A stretch of 32,000 nt of DNA from the NCBI GenBank assembly GCA_000025185.1, contig CP001848.1, forward strand, positions 630,001 to 662,000, in the 5' to 3' direction. The stretch's first letter is position 1, and each line of letters starts with the position of its first letter. This DNA comes from Pirellula staleyi DSM 6068 (GTDB lineage Bacteria; Planctomycetota; Planctomycetia; Pirellulales; Pirellulaceae). This document shows, one piece after another, positions 17,462 to 27,188 of this stretch. Under the pieces are notes generated by a model, which was not told the origin of the DNA, made no database searches, and was given only the letters and a program-made list of their open reading frames with translations. The position numbers and the translations under genes were made by a program.

Positions 17462-18466
17462 CTAGTGACTCTCGACATAAGCAGGAACATGTTCGGGACG
17501 TTCGACGTCGAGTCCGGCCACGCGCTGTAGTTGCCCGAGAAAGGCGAGTCCATAGAAAGTGCAGCCGATCGCTAGAGCGGCAGGTACTTCCCAAATCGGC
17601 ATCGCCACCCTGTGACGTAGCGTGAGAATGCGGCGCACCGCGCGGCACTGCATCTTGAACGAGAACTTGAGAGCGCTCAGCAGGCGACGCAAACGTGAGG
17701 GGGATTTCAGATCGGCATACTTCCGATCGGCATCGCGCCCCGTAACCATCGCGCGCCACACCAGGAAGCGCCAACCTTGCAGCGGCTTGTGCTCGCAAAG
17801 TGCCTCAGCGCGGTGCATCGTCACACCCGCTTGCTGCATCTGGTGCATCAATTTCGTACAGCCGACTTTGAACCCATTGTCGATCGGAATCGGATTGGCC
17901 CGAATCCAAGACCCTCGAAAGGCACAGTTGTTTACATTCAGGGCGCGGCGCGACACGCTCCGCAGATCACCCTCGCGGAGTGGAAAAACCCAGACGAGCG
18001 CCAAAGTGCGTGAAAGAAAACCGGAGTGCCCCAAATACGTGTGGCCACCCACCACCATCGTCTCAGGATTGGTGAACCCCGAGAGGAGCGCGGTGAGCCA
18101 ACCGGGACGAGGAAAGGCATCGGAGTCGAGCATCACAATCACTTCGCCACGCGCTCGCTCGACGCCAGCGTTCTTGAGTTCGTAGTAGCGTCCCTCGGGC
18201 AGACTCACTAGCTGCAAATCGGAAACGGCGAGTAGCGCTGGAACCTGCTGCTCGATTCGCGCAGCAATCGCAGCATTCTCATCAGCTGCGCCTGCATGCA
18301 CGATGATTACCTCGGGGCGGCCCGGCATGCGCTGAGTCTGCTCGCCGATTTGCTCCGCCAAAAGCTCCAGGATCTCTCCCCATTCTTGGGCGCTGACCAT
18401 GGCAGCGTTTTCCATCTCCACGACCACGCTGAAGGGAGGCTTATCGCCAGTTTTGCTACCGACCAT
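17462..18466 (-). CDS. Glycosyltransferase family 2-like protein with C-terminal membrane segment
   Basis: ATG 18466 is preceded by GAGGT at 5-nt spacing on the minus strand. Contains FSVVVEMENA..., YELKNAGVERARGEVIVMLDSDAFPRPGWL (DxD-type), and the C-terminal hydrophobic stretch MPIWEVPAALAIGCTFYGLAFLGQL. Confidence 0.65.
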   Translation of the reverse strand: MVGSKTGDKPPFSVVVEMENAAMVSAQEWGEILELLAEQIGEQTQRMPGRPEVIIVHAGAADENAAIAARIEQQVPALLAVSDLQLVSLPEGRYYELKNAGVERARGEVIVMLDSDAFPRPGWLTALLSGFTNPETMVVGGHTYLGHSGFLSRTLALVWVFPLREGDLRSVSRRALNVNNCAFRGSWIRANPIPIDNGFKVGCTKLMHQMQQAGVTMHRAEALCEHKPLQGWRFLVWRAMVTGRDADRKYADLKSPSRLRRLLSALKFSFKMQCRAVRRILTLRHRVAMPIWEVPAALAIGCTFYGLAFLGQLQRVAGLDVERPEHVPAYVESH

Positions 18467-18828
18467 GCTTACCTCGCCACGCTGTGACAGTGCCATTTCG
18501 CAAGGGAGGCGAGCCAGCCACGATCCTACGGCTAGCGCACGATGCCGCTGCGCAGCTGCCTGCAGCCGCACACCCCCTACAATCACTTTCGACACGACAA
18601 CCGGCAAGATTTAGCCATTTTGGCGGGTGCAAAGCCCCAACCGGTGCCGCTAGTGATGCTGTCACAGCACTCGCTCCTCCGCGTACCGCTATCGCACTTT
18701 CGTCCTCCAACCGACTTGTTTGCCGTGGCGCCAAAGAGCTGCTGCTAGTTGCAGTCGAGCGCCGCTGCGAGCAGACTGAAGACTTCCGTCCACAAGGTCC
18801 GCCCCCTTTTCGAGTTGTGTGAGCTGGC

Positions 18829-20658
18829 ATGCCGCTGCGGGTGAAATGTCCGTCAGGTCACGTTCTGATCGTGCCGAGCAAATGCGCCGGAACGATCGTC
18901 CGTTGTCCGCGCTGCGACGAAAGTGTGCTGGTGCCACTGGAAGGAAGCGCGGCAGTCTCCCCTACAACTCCGCCGCCAGCGGACACCATTAAGCCAGCTC
19001 CACCGCGACCACGAGCCGCTGCTGCCGAAGTGAAACCTCCTCCGGTCACCGCGCCGCCGAGCGCTGCTTCGCCGGCGGTCGCCCCGCCGGTGATTGTTCC
19101 TCCGGCGTCGACCAGCGAATCAGTGCCCCCACCTCCCGTGCAGTCGACCGCGACCCCGTCGCAGCTGCGCGAGGCCAATCGCGAGCTGATCGAGGCAACG
19201 GAGCGTGAGAAGAAGCAAAAAGAACTGCAGCGCCAAAAGCTGCTCGAGAAGCGCGCCGCCGAGCGCCGTGCGGAAGAGAAACGTTTAGCGCAAGAGACTG
19301 CGGAGGCCGAGCGCGTTCGCGCCGAGCAGTTGGCAGCCGACAAGCTCGAGCGGGAACGCATCGCGCGTGAGAAACGTGCGCGAGAGCGTGAAGCACTGCT
19401 GCGGGCAGCCAAGCTCGAAAAGCAACGGGCCGCCCGTGAAGCGGAGGCAGAGCTCGCAGCAGCCAAAGAAAAAGAAGCGGCCGCGATTCGCGCCGAACTG
19501 GCGCTCGCAAAAGCGCAGCCCGAAGTGCCAGTCACTCCACAGCCCGCTGCGGCTCCGGTTGCGGCCGCGATCTCCGAGCCTGCGGATTCCCCGACGATCG
19601 GCAGCGAGGTGCTGATCATCGATGGCTCGACGACAAACGCCTCCCCTACCGAGCAGCCAATCACATTCATCACCGACACCCGCTCTACACCCACCGACAT
19701 CGAGTTCGTCGACAGCACGTTAGCTGCGCCGCCTCCCAGCGACCTGTTTCTCGAAACCAGTGGTTTCACCGAAGCAGCGGCCAACGCGTCCTCCGAGCCG
19801 CTCCAGATCACCGATTCGGGCCGAGGCAACGTAGCGGCGGATGCCGCTGCTGCAGAGGTCACGATCGTCACCACGACACCAACAACCTCGAGCGAACTGG
19901 CGTTTGTCGAATCGCTACCGGCTCCCACGTCGCCGGCCATTCCAGTGATTGAAGTCGATGTGACTAGCCCACCGACCTCACCGGGCGAAGTAAACATCAC
20001 AGCTTCGGGCGAAAGCACCCTGGCGGTTGAGGCGATCGAGCCACGCTCTCCTGCAGCGAAGTCGACATCGCAGCTAACGGTCTCTTCTGCGAGTGCGGCT
20101 GTGCTGCCAGTCGCCGCGAGTGTTGCGTCGGCTGTTCGCTCGTTGGCAACGACACATCCCCTCATTGCACCGGCCAGTTCGGGCCGACGCACTTCGCGCG
20201 CGAAAACGATCGCCTGCTATCAGCTGGCGGCGTGCGTGATCATCGCCTCGCTGTTTGGCCTGGCGCCAGCGATTTGGGATTTCGTCGAGTACCTGAGTGT
20301 CCCCGATTCGGCCTTCATCGCACGCTGGGCAATCCTGCTCGTCGTCGCTGCCGTGATTCAAACCGGCTACGCGATTTACTTGATTCAGCTTCCCGACTGG
20401 AGCACCGTCTGGATGGTCACGCTGGCATGGCTTGCCACTGCCACGGCCTATGCAATGGGTCTTGGGCTCACCCTGATTTCGGGCGGCAGCTCGGCGATCG
20501 TGACGGCACTGCAACTCGGCGACAAACTCGAAGGGGGTCGCGCGTCCCTCTGGTGCCTCTGCATGATGAGTGTCGCGATTCTATTGGCCTTCTTTGCGGG
20601 ACGACTCAGCGTCCGCTGGCGCACGAGCGATCAACTGCACGGCACCTACGCCAACTAG
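18829..20658 (+). CDS. Hypothetical membrane protein: N-terminal zinc-ribbon, Pro-rich linker, highly charged E/R/K/A coiled coil, S/T/P/A-rich region, C-terminal multi-TM domain
   Basis: 609 aa. Starts MPLRVKCPSGHVLIVPSKCAGTIVRCPRCDESVLVP. The charged block is EREKKQKELQRQKLLEKRAAERRAEEKRLAQETAEAERVRAEQLAADKLERERIAREKRAREREALLRAAKLEKQRAAREAEAELAAAKEKE. The C-terminal ~150 aa holds about 4-5 hydrophobic helices (ACVIIASLFGLAPAIW, WAILLVVAAVIQTGYAIYLI, VWMVTLAWLATATAYAMGLGLTLI, LWCLCMMSVAILLAFFAG). Confidence 0.6.
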   Translation: MPLRVKCPSGHVLIVPSKCAGTIVRCPRCDESVLVPLEGSAAVSPTTPPPADTIKPAPPRPRAAAAEVKPPPVTAPPSAASPAVAPPVIVPPASTSESVPPPPVQSTATPSQLREANRELIEATEREKKQKELQRQKLLEKRAAERRAEEKRLAQETAEAERVRAEQLAADKLERERIAREKRAREREALLRAAKLEKQRAAREAEAELAAAKEKEAAAIRAELALAKAQPEVPVTPQPAAAPVAAAISEPADSPTIGSEVLIIDGSTTNASPTEQPITFITDTRSTPTDIEFVDSTLAAPPPSDLFLETSGFTEAAANASSEPLQITDSGRGNVAADAAAAEVTIVTTTPTTSSELAFVESLPAPTSPAIPVIEVDVTSPPTSPGEVNITASGESTLAVEAIEPRSPAAKSTSQLTVSSASAAVLPVAASVASAVRSLATTHPLIAPASSGRRTSRAKTIACYQLAACVIIASLFGLAPAIWDFVEYLSVPDSAFIARWAILLVVAAVIQTGYAIYLIQLPDWSTVWMVTLAWLATATAYAMGLGLTLISGGSSAIVTALQLGDKLEGGRASLWCLCMMSVAILLAFFAGRLSVRWRTSDQLHGTYAN

Positions 20659-20718
20659 TGCGCAGAGCAAAGTCGTGGCAGGTTCACGATGCTCCGTAAG
20701 CCATTCGGGCTAGCTGCT

Positions 20719-21975
20719 TTACTCGGAGGGATTGTCCGAAGACTCTCTCGACGAAAAATCATCGTCTGGCGATTCGCCGCTCTGTGTTTCGTCCGATTCA
20801 CTCGCGAGTGGCATCTCGAGGGCAGTGATCCGCTTGACGAGCATCGTCGCATAGCTGGCGCGGCGCAGCGAAAACGACAGCAGCAGCTTCTGTTTTCCAG
20901 GATAGCGCTCGTCGGCTTCGGGAATCGCTTCGAGCTCATCGGCCCGCACAATCGCTGCGCGATCGCCCTTCGAGAAGAACGTGTCGCGCGGATACTTCAC
21001 GCGCAGCTCGCGCAGCGTCATCCCATCTTCGGCAAGTACTTCTGCAAGTCGATCGTAGAGTGGTCCTGGTGGAAGATGGAGCCGCGCGCTCGGCAGGGGA
21101 AGCATCAGATCCTGAAGCTCGCGCTGCGACTTCGGATCGAGCGTATGAAACATCGCCAGTCGACGTGGCCCGATCGTTTCTTCAAACAGAATCGACGCGG
21201 GAACAACATCGCGAATGACGCTCGAGAGCAAGCGATTCCAGATATCGCTTTGATAAGCCGAAAGGAGCAAGCTTCTCAGATCATGCTTCAGCATGGTGAG
21301 CGCCCGTTTGTAGTCGGGCTTACCGATCGCCAATTGCTCGGCGATCTGCAAACTGAGCCCCATCGGCAACAGATCGACCGCTTCGCCGAAATTGCCCCAG
21401 TGCTCGCGCAAAATCTGCTTCTGCTCACGATCGCTCGGTGAGTCGTGGGAGTTAGGATCGGCCACAGCGAGGAACAAAGCCCGCTCGTGATCTCCTTGGC
21501 ACCAGGCTTTCGCGACAAACTCGCCACTCTCTCCCAGCGAGCCAAAACGTTGCTTGTCGAAATAGTTCGGCAGACCAAACTCGTTTACTTCGCGCACTGC
21601 AGCCACCGATCGCGCGAGATCAGCGTCCGACAGATCGCGCACAATCACGAGAAACTCGTTGCAGACGATATCGCGCGGGTGAATGGCCCGCGGTGTTTGT
21701 CCGACATAGCGCACCTCGAGACCATCGATCGAGAGATTTTTGCGCGGACCTTCGAAAATCGAAAGCCCTTGCGTGGTGCATGCGTGCTTGTCTTTGAGTC
21801 CGGCGAAGACAAGCTCTTCGCGCGGGATGCGCCAAGCTCGCGCCACACGATCGACAGCCGAAAAGGTGGTGATCGACGTTTTCCGCAGCTCATACAGCGC
21901 GTACTTACCGCCAGTCGGTTCGAGCGAGAGGATTTCATCGACCTGGAAATCGGTCGGCAAACATTTGATGCGCAT
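20719..21975 (-). CDS. truD: tRNA pseudouridine(13) synthase TruD
   Basis: 418 aa. N-terminus MRIKCLPTDFQVDEIL, then FAGLKDKHACTTQ (catalytic Asp motif) and NYFDKQRFG. Acidic C-terminal tail. Confidence 0.85.
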   Translation of the reverse strand: MRIKCLPTDFQVDEILSLEPTGGKYALYELRKTSITTFSAVDRVARAWRIPREELVFAGLKDKHACTTQGLSIFEGPRKNLSIDGLEVRYVGQTPRAIHPRDIVCNEFLVIVRDLSDADLARSVAAVREVNEFGLPNYFDKQRFGSLGESGEFVAKAWCQGDHERALFLAVADPNSHDSPSDREQKQILREHWGNFGEAVDLLPMGLSLQIAEQLAIGKPDYKRALTMLKHDLRSLLLSAYQSDIWNRLLSSVIRDVVPASILFEETIGPRRLAMFHTLDPKSQRELQDLMLPLPSARLHLPPGPLYDRLAEVLAEDGMTLRELRVKYPRDTFFSKGDRAAIVRADELEAIPEADERYPGKQKLLLSFSLRRASYATMLVKRITALEMPLASESDETQSGESPDDDFSSRESSDNPSE

Positions 21976-22285
21976 GCAGCGTGGTGCTTTCGGTTAGCCA
22001 CGAATCATTCAAGCAGAAGCTCCGCCAATAGAGTGTACCGCAGAACGACCTCAGGCGAAGTCGTGCTCGCTAGCGAGTCGCAGCTTCGATCCGCATCTTG
22101 CGGCGGCACATGCCAGCGGCATCAACTGCTGTTGTTCTCGAAAATCGTTACGGCATATAACAACAGCCCGCAAGCGAGCGGCTGATCGCTCTTAGCCTCC
22201 GAATTCGGGAAGCTAGTCAGCGAAGGTCGGTCAAGGAGTCAGTCGTCGCTGCGGAAAAGTCTCGCCGCGTTTGGAAGGAGCCCGA

Positions 22286-22966
22286 ATGTCCGCCACCCCT
22301 TTGCCACAATCGTCGTACCTCATCCCCCTGGGCATGATCGGTCCGCTGCTGCTGTTTGCCGGTTCGACCACCCTCTCTACCTCAACATCAACCTCAGCTT
22401 TGCTGGCACCTGCTCTGCCCGCTCGTGTTCCGTCGGAACCTCGAGCACGCACCGGTGCCACCCACTGGGTGTTTGAAGACAAACCTGCCACCCCAGCTCA
22501 GACGCCTCCTGCCCCAGCAGAACCAGCGGTGAAAACGGCTGCTGAAACGCCCTGTCCGGCAGCAAGCAAGCCTTCGGCTGAGCCTGCCAAGCATGCGGTG
22601 GAAGAACTGCGAAGTTCGCGGGGAAGTTTGCTGCAAGGCTCGATCCTGAGCGAGATTGCGGGCTCCACCCCCACAAGCGACGCCCACGAGTTCGAAGAAG
22701 CCATGGCCCGGGTTGCTTCGCAAGCCGCAGGGACAGAGCCACCGACAGCCGCGCTGATCGCCAATCCCTACTATGAAGTCGAGTCCCCCGAAGCAGTTCC
22801 GGCTCCAGCTCACGAGCGGGTATACGACACCGCTCGCCAATTGGAAGCGATTGCCTGGGAACTCGAGGCTGCAGAGGAATATCCCCAGGCCGATCGTTTG
22901 CGAAAGCTGGCGGGAGATATTCGCGAGCAAGCTCGCCAACTCCGCTCCAGCAGCGAAAATCGTTGA
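22286..22966 (+). CDS. Hypothetical protein (N-terminal hydrophobic segment, P/A-rich middle, helical C-terminus)
   Basis: ATG 22286 is preceded by the strong SD GGAAGGAG (22273-22280). No family recognised. Confidence 0.5.
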   Translation: MSATPLPQSSYLIPLGMIGPLLLFAGSTTLSTSTSTSALLAPALPARVPSEPRARTGATHWVFEDKPATPAQTPPAPAEPAVKTAAETPCPAASKPSAEPAKHAVEELRSSRGSLLQGSILSEIAGSTPTSDAHEFEEAMARVASQAAGTEPPTAALIANPYYEVESPEAVPAPAHERVYDTARQLEAIAWELEAAEEYPQADRLRKLAGDIREQARQLRSSSENR

Positions 22967-23474
22967 ATTGACAATGGATAGCAAACTCAGCCACAATAGA
23001 AACTTAGCGGACGCTTCGGCTGATCGTCGGTAACCCCCTCGTCTCTGGCCCCAAGTTCAGCCGAAGTTGACATCTCCTCTCGCCGCTCGGCGGGTGGGGT
23101 CCTCGCACGTCAAACCGTGGTCGTTAACGACCTTGGTAGATGCTCGCCACGAACCCCACTCTCCACCAACTTCTCGCAACTTACTCGAATCTTTACTTCC
23201 GGAACGTCGCACGCGTGCCATCGGCCGATTACCCTCAAGGTATCGCTCGGCACTGCGGTCGACCGTCCGTGGATGGATTGTGTAGGGGCGCGATGGTGCC
23301 CGTCCCCTCGGTTTCAAGCGCTGACTGATTCCATGTTCCGTTGTGGCAGGCTATACCTTTCACTAGCGGAAAGCATGATCCACTTATCCTAAACCCGCTT
23401 AACTACCCCGATTTTGCAACTTGACTGCGTCGCGGCTATGGAGCCCGCGCATTTTCCTTGCCGGAGTTCGAAAT

Positions 23475-25196
23475 ATGGCTCGTAAGGGCGATTTCACCGA
23501 GATTCTTCTCCGCCGACGCGTTGTTAGCCAAGATCAGCTGAACGAAGGCCGGCAAGTTGCCAAAGACACCAACGCCAACCTGTCGGATGTGCTGATCCGT
23601 CTGGGTTACGCCTCGGGCGAGGATGTGATGCGGGCTGTCGCCCAGGAGCATGGCCGCGAATACGTCGATCTCAGCGAAGTGACGATCCCGGAAGATGTGA
23701 TCGAACTCGTGCCAGAATCGGTGGCTCGCGAAAATGCGATCCTCCCTCTCTCGGAGGACGAAGACAGCCTAAAGGTAATCGTGAGCGACCCTTACGACAT
23801 CGACACGATTGAAAAGCTCCGCTTCATTCTGAACCGCAAGGTCGATATCGCCCTGGCACCTCGCGAAAAGATCTTGGAAGCGATCAATAAGTACTACAGC
23901 CAAATCGAAGGTGAATCGGCTGACTCGGTGCTCCAAGAGTTCACCGATACGGCCATTGATTTCACCGAAACCGAGGCGACCAAAGTCACTTCGAACGAAG
24001 CGGTCGACGAAAATAGCGCGCCGATCGTTCGTCTGGTGCAGCTGATGATCGGCGAAGCGGTGCAGCTCCGCGCGTCGGATATCCACGTCGAGCCGTTCGA
24101 AGAAATCGTGCGTATACGCTATCGCATCGATGGTATTTTGCACAAACGCGATTCACCCCCCCGACGGCTATTGGCGGCGATTGTCAGCCGCATCAAGATT
24201 CTGGCGAAGATGGATATCGCCGAGCGTCGCCGTCCTCAAGACGGTCGTATCAAGGTGACCGTGGGTGAGAAGGAACTCGATCTTCGCGTCAGCATCATCC
24301 CCACCAACCATGGCCAGTCGGTCGTTATGCGACTTCTGGACAAGGACAATATTAAGGTGGGCGTGCGGCAGCTCGGGTTCAGCGAGGACATGTTCTCGAC
24401 GTTCCAGAGTCTGATCAAACGTCCCAACGGCATTGTGCTGGTGACCGGACCGACAGGTTCGGGAAAGACCACCACGCTCTACGCCGCGCTCAACTCGATG
24501 AACCGGCCCGACAAAAAGATCATTACGGCCGAAGACCCTGTGGAATACTACCTGCCGGGGGTCAATCAGGTGGAAGTGCGGCACAGTATTGGGCTCGACT
24601 TCGCCCGCATTATTCGCGCGATGTTGCGTCAGGCACCCAATGTGATTCTGGTGGGTGAGATGCGAGACTCGGAAACCGCATCGATGGGTATCCAGGCTTC
24701 TCTTACTGGACACTTGGTTTTCAGTACACTACATACGAACGATGCGCCCAGTGCTGTAACACGCATGACCGACATGGGCGTTCCCGGGTATCTGGTCGCC
24801 AGCTCGGTGATCGCGGTGCTTGCCCAGCGTCTGGTGCGTCTGAATTGCAGCCGCTGCAAGCAACCCACCACCCTCAGCGAAGCGGTGCTGAACGACGCCG
24901 GCATCACCCCCAAAATGGCAGCTGCAGCGACCTTCATGAAAGGCCGTGGCTGTGGTCACTGCAACAAGAGTGGCTACAAGGGTCGCCAAGGCATTTTCGA
25001 ATTGATGCTCATCCAGTCGAAGATCCGCGAGCTCATCTTCAAGAACGCTTCGAGCACCGAAATTCGCCGCATGGCGATCAAACTCGGCATGAAAACCCTT
25101 TACAGCGACGGCATTTACAAAACGTGCAAAGGGATAACGACCCTCGACGAGGTCTACCGTAACGCCAAACGGACGGAGCAGGACGTTTTCGAATAA
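23475..25196 (+). CDS. GspE/PilB-family secretion ATPase (paralog 1)
   Basis: Start at ATG 23475 (MARKGDFTEILL...). Has a T2SSE_N-type N-domain, Walker A GPTGSGKTTT, Asp/His boxes, Walker B ILVGEMRD, and the tetracysteine CSRC...CGHC. Confidence 0.9.
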   Translation: MARKGDFTEILLRRRVVSQDQLNEGRQVAKDTNANLSDVLIRLGYASGEDVMRAVAQEHGREYVDLSEVTIPEDVIELVPESVARENAILPLSEDEDSLKVIVSDPYDIDTIEKLRFILNRKVDIALAPREKILEAINKYYSQIEGESADSVLQEFTDTAIDFTETEATKVTSNEAVDENSAPIVRLVQLMIGEAVQLRASDIHVEPFEEIVRIRYRIDGILHKRDSPPRRLLAAIVSRIKILAKMDIAERRRPQDGRIKVTVGEKELDLRVSIIPTNHGQSVVMRLLDKDNIKVGVRQLGFSEDMFSTFQSLIKRPNGIVLVTGPTGSGKTTTLYAALNSMNRPDKKIITAEDPVEYYLPGVNQVEVRHSIGLDFARIIRAMLRQAPNVILVGEMRDSETASMGIQASLTGHLVFSTLHTNDAPSAVTRMTDMGVPGYLVASSVIAVLAQRLVRLNCSRCKQPTTLSEAVLNDAGITPKMAAAATFMKGRGCGHCNKSGYKGRQGIFELMLIQSKIRELIFKNASSTEIRRMAIKLGMKTLYSDGIYKTCKGITTLDEVYRNAKRTEQDVFE

Positions 25197-25516
25197 CCCA
25201 CCCTCCGACTGGCCGTTTGCTTACTCCCGCGCGGCACTAGCCTGCCCGGGAGTCTCGAAGCCGCTGTGGGCAAATGCCATGCAGCAAGTTCTGATTATGC
25301 TGCTCGTCCCGCAGACCGCACCCTGCCTGACAGTGCCCGATATAGCACACTACCTGAAAGAACCATATACGGCGCGGCGGTGTCCCGCTCGAAGGTCCCT
25401 GTTTCCCGCGTCGCGTTTGTGCGGAATGTTCCGACAAGGTGCCCCTTCGAGGAGATTTTGCTCCGAAGTTTGGAATCCGGACCTCCCCGAGTGATAATGC
25501 TTTCGTCGGCGGGATG

Positions 25517-25600
25517 CACCTCTCATCTTGCGGTGCCGGAACACTCGCCCGACAGACTGCTTACTAGTTTGAAGCCGACACCTGCCACTCTTGCGGTGCC
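25517..25600 (+). repeat. Two ~21-22-nt direct repeats CACCT-N4/5-TCTTGCGGTGCC spaced 62 nt apart in a 750-bp non-coding gap
   Basis: Copy A is 25517-25537 (cacctctcatcttgcggtgcc). Copy B is 25579-25600 (cacctgccactcttgcggtgcc). A 12-nt core is identical. Each copy can form a small (G)CACC/GGTG(C) hairpin. Confidence 0.5.
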
Positions 25601-25947
25601 CCCTCTGCCCCTGCGACGCTTCTGCGTCGTCGAGGTTCGCAGTGCACACCGACGGTAGTAGGATCGATTCGAGACGACAACCACGCGGCACCTATATTCC
25701 CTTTATCCATGCCGCGCGGATCTGTTTGTCTCAGGATCGTCCCAGAGCAGCTGACCTATACTCCTCTCATTTTCAGCAGCCCGTACTCTCATCTCCCTCA
25801 GTCACGGTTCTCCCCTTTCTTCAATCAGCGCCTTGGCACGCGTAATCTTCACGCATCAAAGCCACCGGCGTTTATATAGTTGTGCTCTCTGAGCCCTCCA
25901 GCCATGCGAGGTCTATGCATGTGCCAGCCTCGAGGATGTGAACGCTG

Positions 25948-27084
25948 ATGGCCACGATTCTGATCGACAAACTGTTGCAGGCTGCTGTGAAGCAAGGGGC
26001 GAGCGATATTCATATCGTGGTCGGCCAGCCTCCAGTATTTCGCCTGCACGGCCGCATGCGAAAGCTCGAAACCAAGGTGCTGGAAGCTGACGATGCGGTT
26101 GGGCTGATGAAGTCGATCGCACCCGAACGAGCCCAGCGCGAACTGCAGGAACGGGGTAGCGCCGACTTTGGTTTCGCCTTCGGCGACCTGGCCCGCTTTC
26201 GTGTTTCGATTTTTAAGCAGCGCGGCTTTGTCTCGATGGTGCTGCGGCAAATCCCCAACACCATGCTCACGCCGCAGCAGCTCGGGCTGCCCGACGTTTG
26301 CGTCAAGCTCGTGATGCGTCCCCGTGGTCTGTTCCTTGTGACTGGCCCCACCGGTTCGGGGAAGTCGACCACGCTGGCGAGTCTCGTGAACTACATCAAC
26401 GAGAATGTCGACCATCACATCATCACGATCGAAGATCCGATCGAGTTCTATCACTACCACAAGAAGTCGACGGTCAATCAGCGCGAAATTGGCGTCGATG
26501 TGCCAAGCTTCTCCGAAGCGATTCGCCGCGCTCTGCGACAAGACCCCGACGTGATCCTCGTCGGCGAAATGCGCGACTTGGAAACGATCGAAGCTGCCAT
26601 CTCCGCCGCTGAAACGGGGCACGTGGTGTTCGGCACGCTCCACACCAACAGTGCCCAAGGCACCATCAACCGTATCATCGATGCCTTCCCTGGCAACTTG
26701 CAGGATCAAGTCCGCACGCAGCTCTCGACGTCGATCATCGGCGTGGTGGCTCAGTCGCTACTTCCCAAAATCGGTGGTGGACGCTGTGCAGCCTACGAAA
26801 TCCTCGTCGTTACCAGCGGTATTGCGAACCTGATTCGCGAAAACAAAACGTTCCGCATCAACTCGGCCATTCAAACTGGTGCCAAGCTCGGCATGCAGCT
26901 GATGGACGATCACTTGTTCCGCCTGTGGCGCGAGCAGAAGGTGTTGATCGAGGATGTGCTGGGCAAAGCACAAAACCCCGACGACTTGGCAAAACGCATT
27001 TATGCCGCTCAGCAAGGTCTCGACGACCCGACCAAAGAACCCGATGAACCAGGCATGCGCAAGGCCGGTGGTCACGGCCACTAA
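25948..27084 (+). CDS. pilT: Type IV pilus retraction ATPase PilT
   Basis: 378 aa. Contains ASDIHIVVGQPPVFRLHG, Walker A GPTGSGKSTT, ITIEDPIEF, ILVGEMRDLETI, and GHVVFGTLHTNSA. No T2SSE_N domain, and the size is PilT-like. Confidence 0.9.
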   Translation: MATILIDKLLQAAVKQGASDIHIVVGQPPVFRLHGRMRKLETKVLEADDAVGLMKSIAPERAQRELQERGSADFGFAFGDLARFRVSIFKQRGFVSMVLRQIPNTMLTPQQLGLPDVCVKLVMRPRGLFLVTGPTGSGKSTTLASLVNYINENVDHHIITIEDPIEFYHYHKKSTVNQREIGVDVPSFSEAIRRALRQDPDVILVGEMRDLETIEAAISAAETGHVVFGTLHTNSAQGTINRIIDAFPGNLQDQVRTQLSTSIIGVVAQSLLPKIGGGRCAAYEILVVTSGIANLIRENKTFRINSAIQTGAKLGMQLMDDHLFRLWREQKVLIEDVLGKAQNPDDLAKRIYAAQQGLDDPTKEPDEPGMRKAGGHGH

Positions 27085-27188
27085 CGCCGCGCGATCGATA
27101 CCAGCCCAACGGACCACAGCCGCAACGGACCGAAGCCCGCTTTCCATCACGAGATTTTCACAACGCCGCTTAGCATAGACGTAATCAC

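Noticed and set aside
16476-17798. 440-aa version of the glycosyltransferase ORF, extending 339 nt upstream into the preceding gene.
   Set aside because: The extension overlaps the upstream GT2-like CDS in another frame and translates to R-rich sequence. ATG 17459 gives the canonical GT2 N-terminus and sits 2 nt after the upstream stop.
23464-23472. GTTCGAA(A/T) T-loop-like strings at 23464 and 1843, checked as possible tRNA genes.
   Set aside because: The flanking bases do not form T-stems or a cloverleaf. One string lies inside the PafA/Dop-like CDS and the other abuts the ATPase start codon.
25266-25658. 130-aa plus-strand ORF (and overlapping minus-strand ORFs) in the gap between the first ATPase and pilT.
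   Set aside because: No SD, R/S/P/C-rich translation, no recognisable motif, and overlapping alternative frames of similar length. I treat the interval as non-coding pending a blastx check.
25834-25849. TGGCAC at 25834-25839 upstream of pilT, resembling the -24 element of a sigma-54 promoter.
   Set aside because: The required -12 element is missing: TTGC should start 5 nt after TGGCAC, and the sequence there is ATCT. Only half the bipartite consensus is present.
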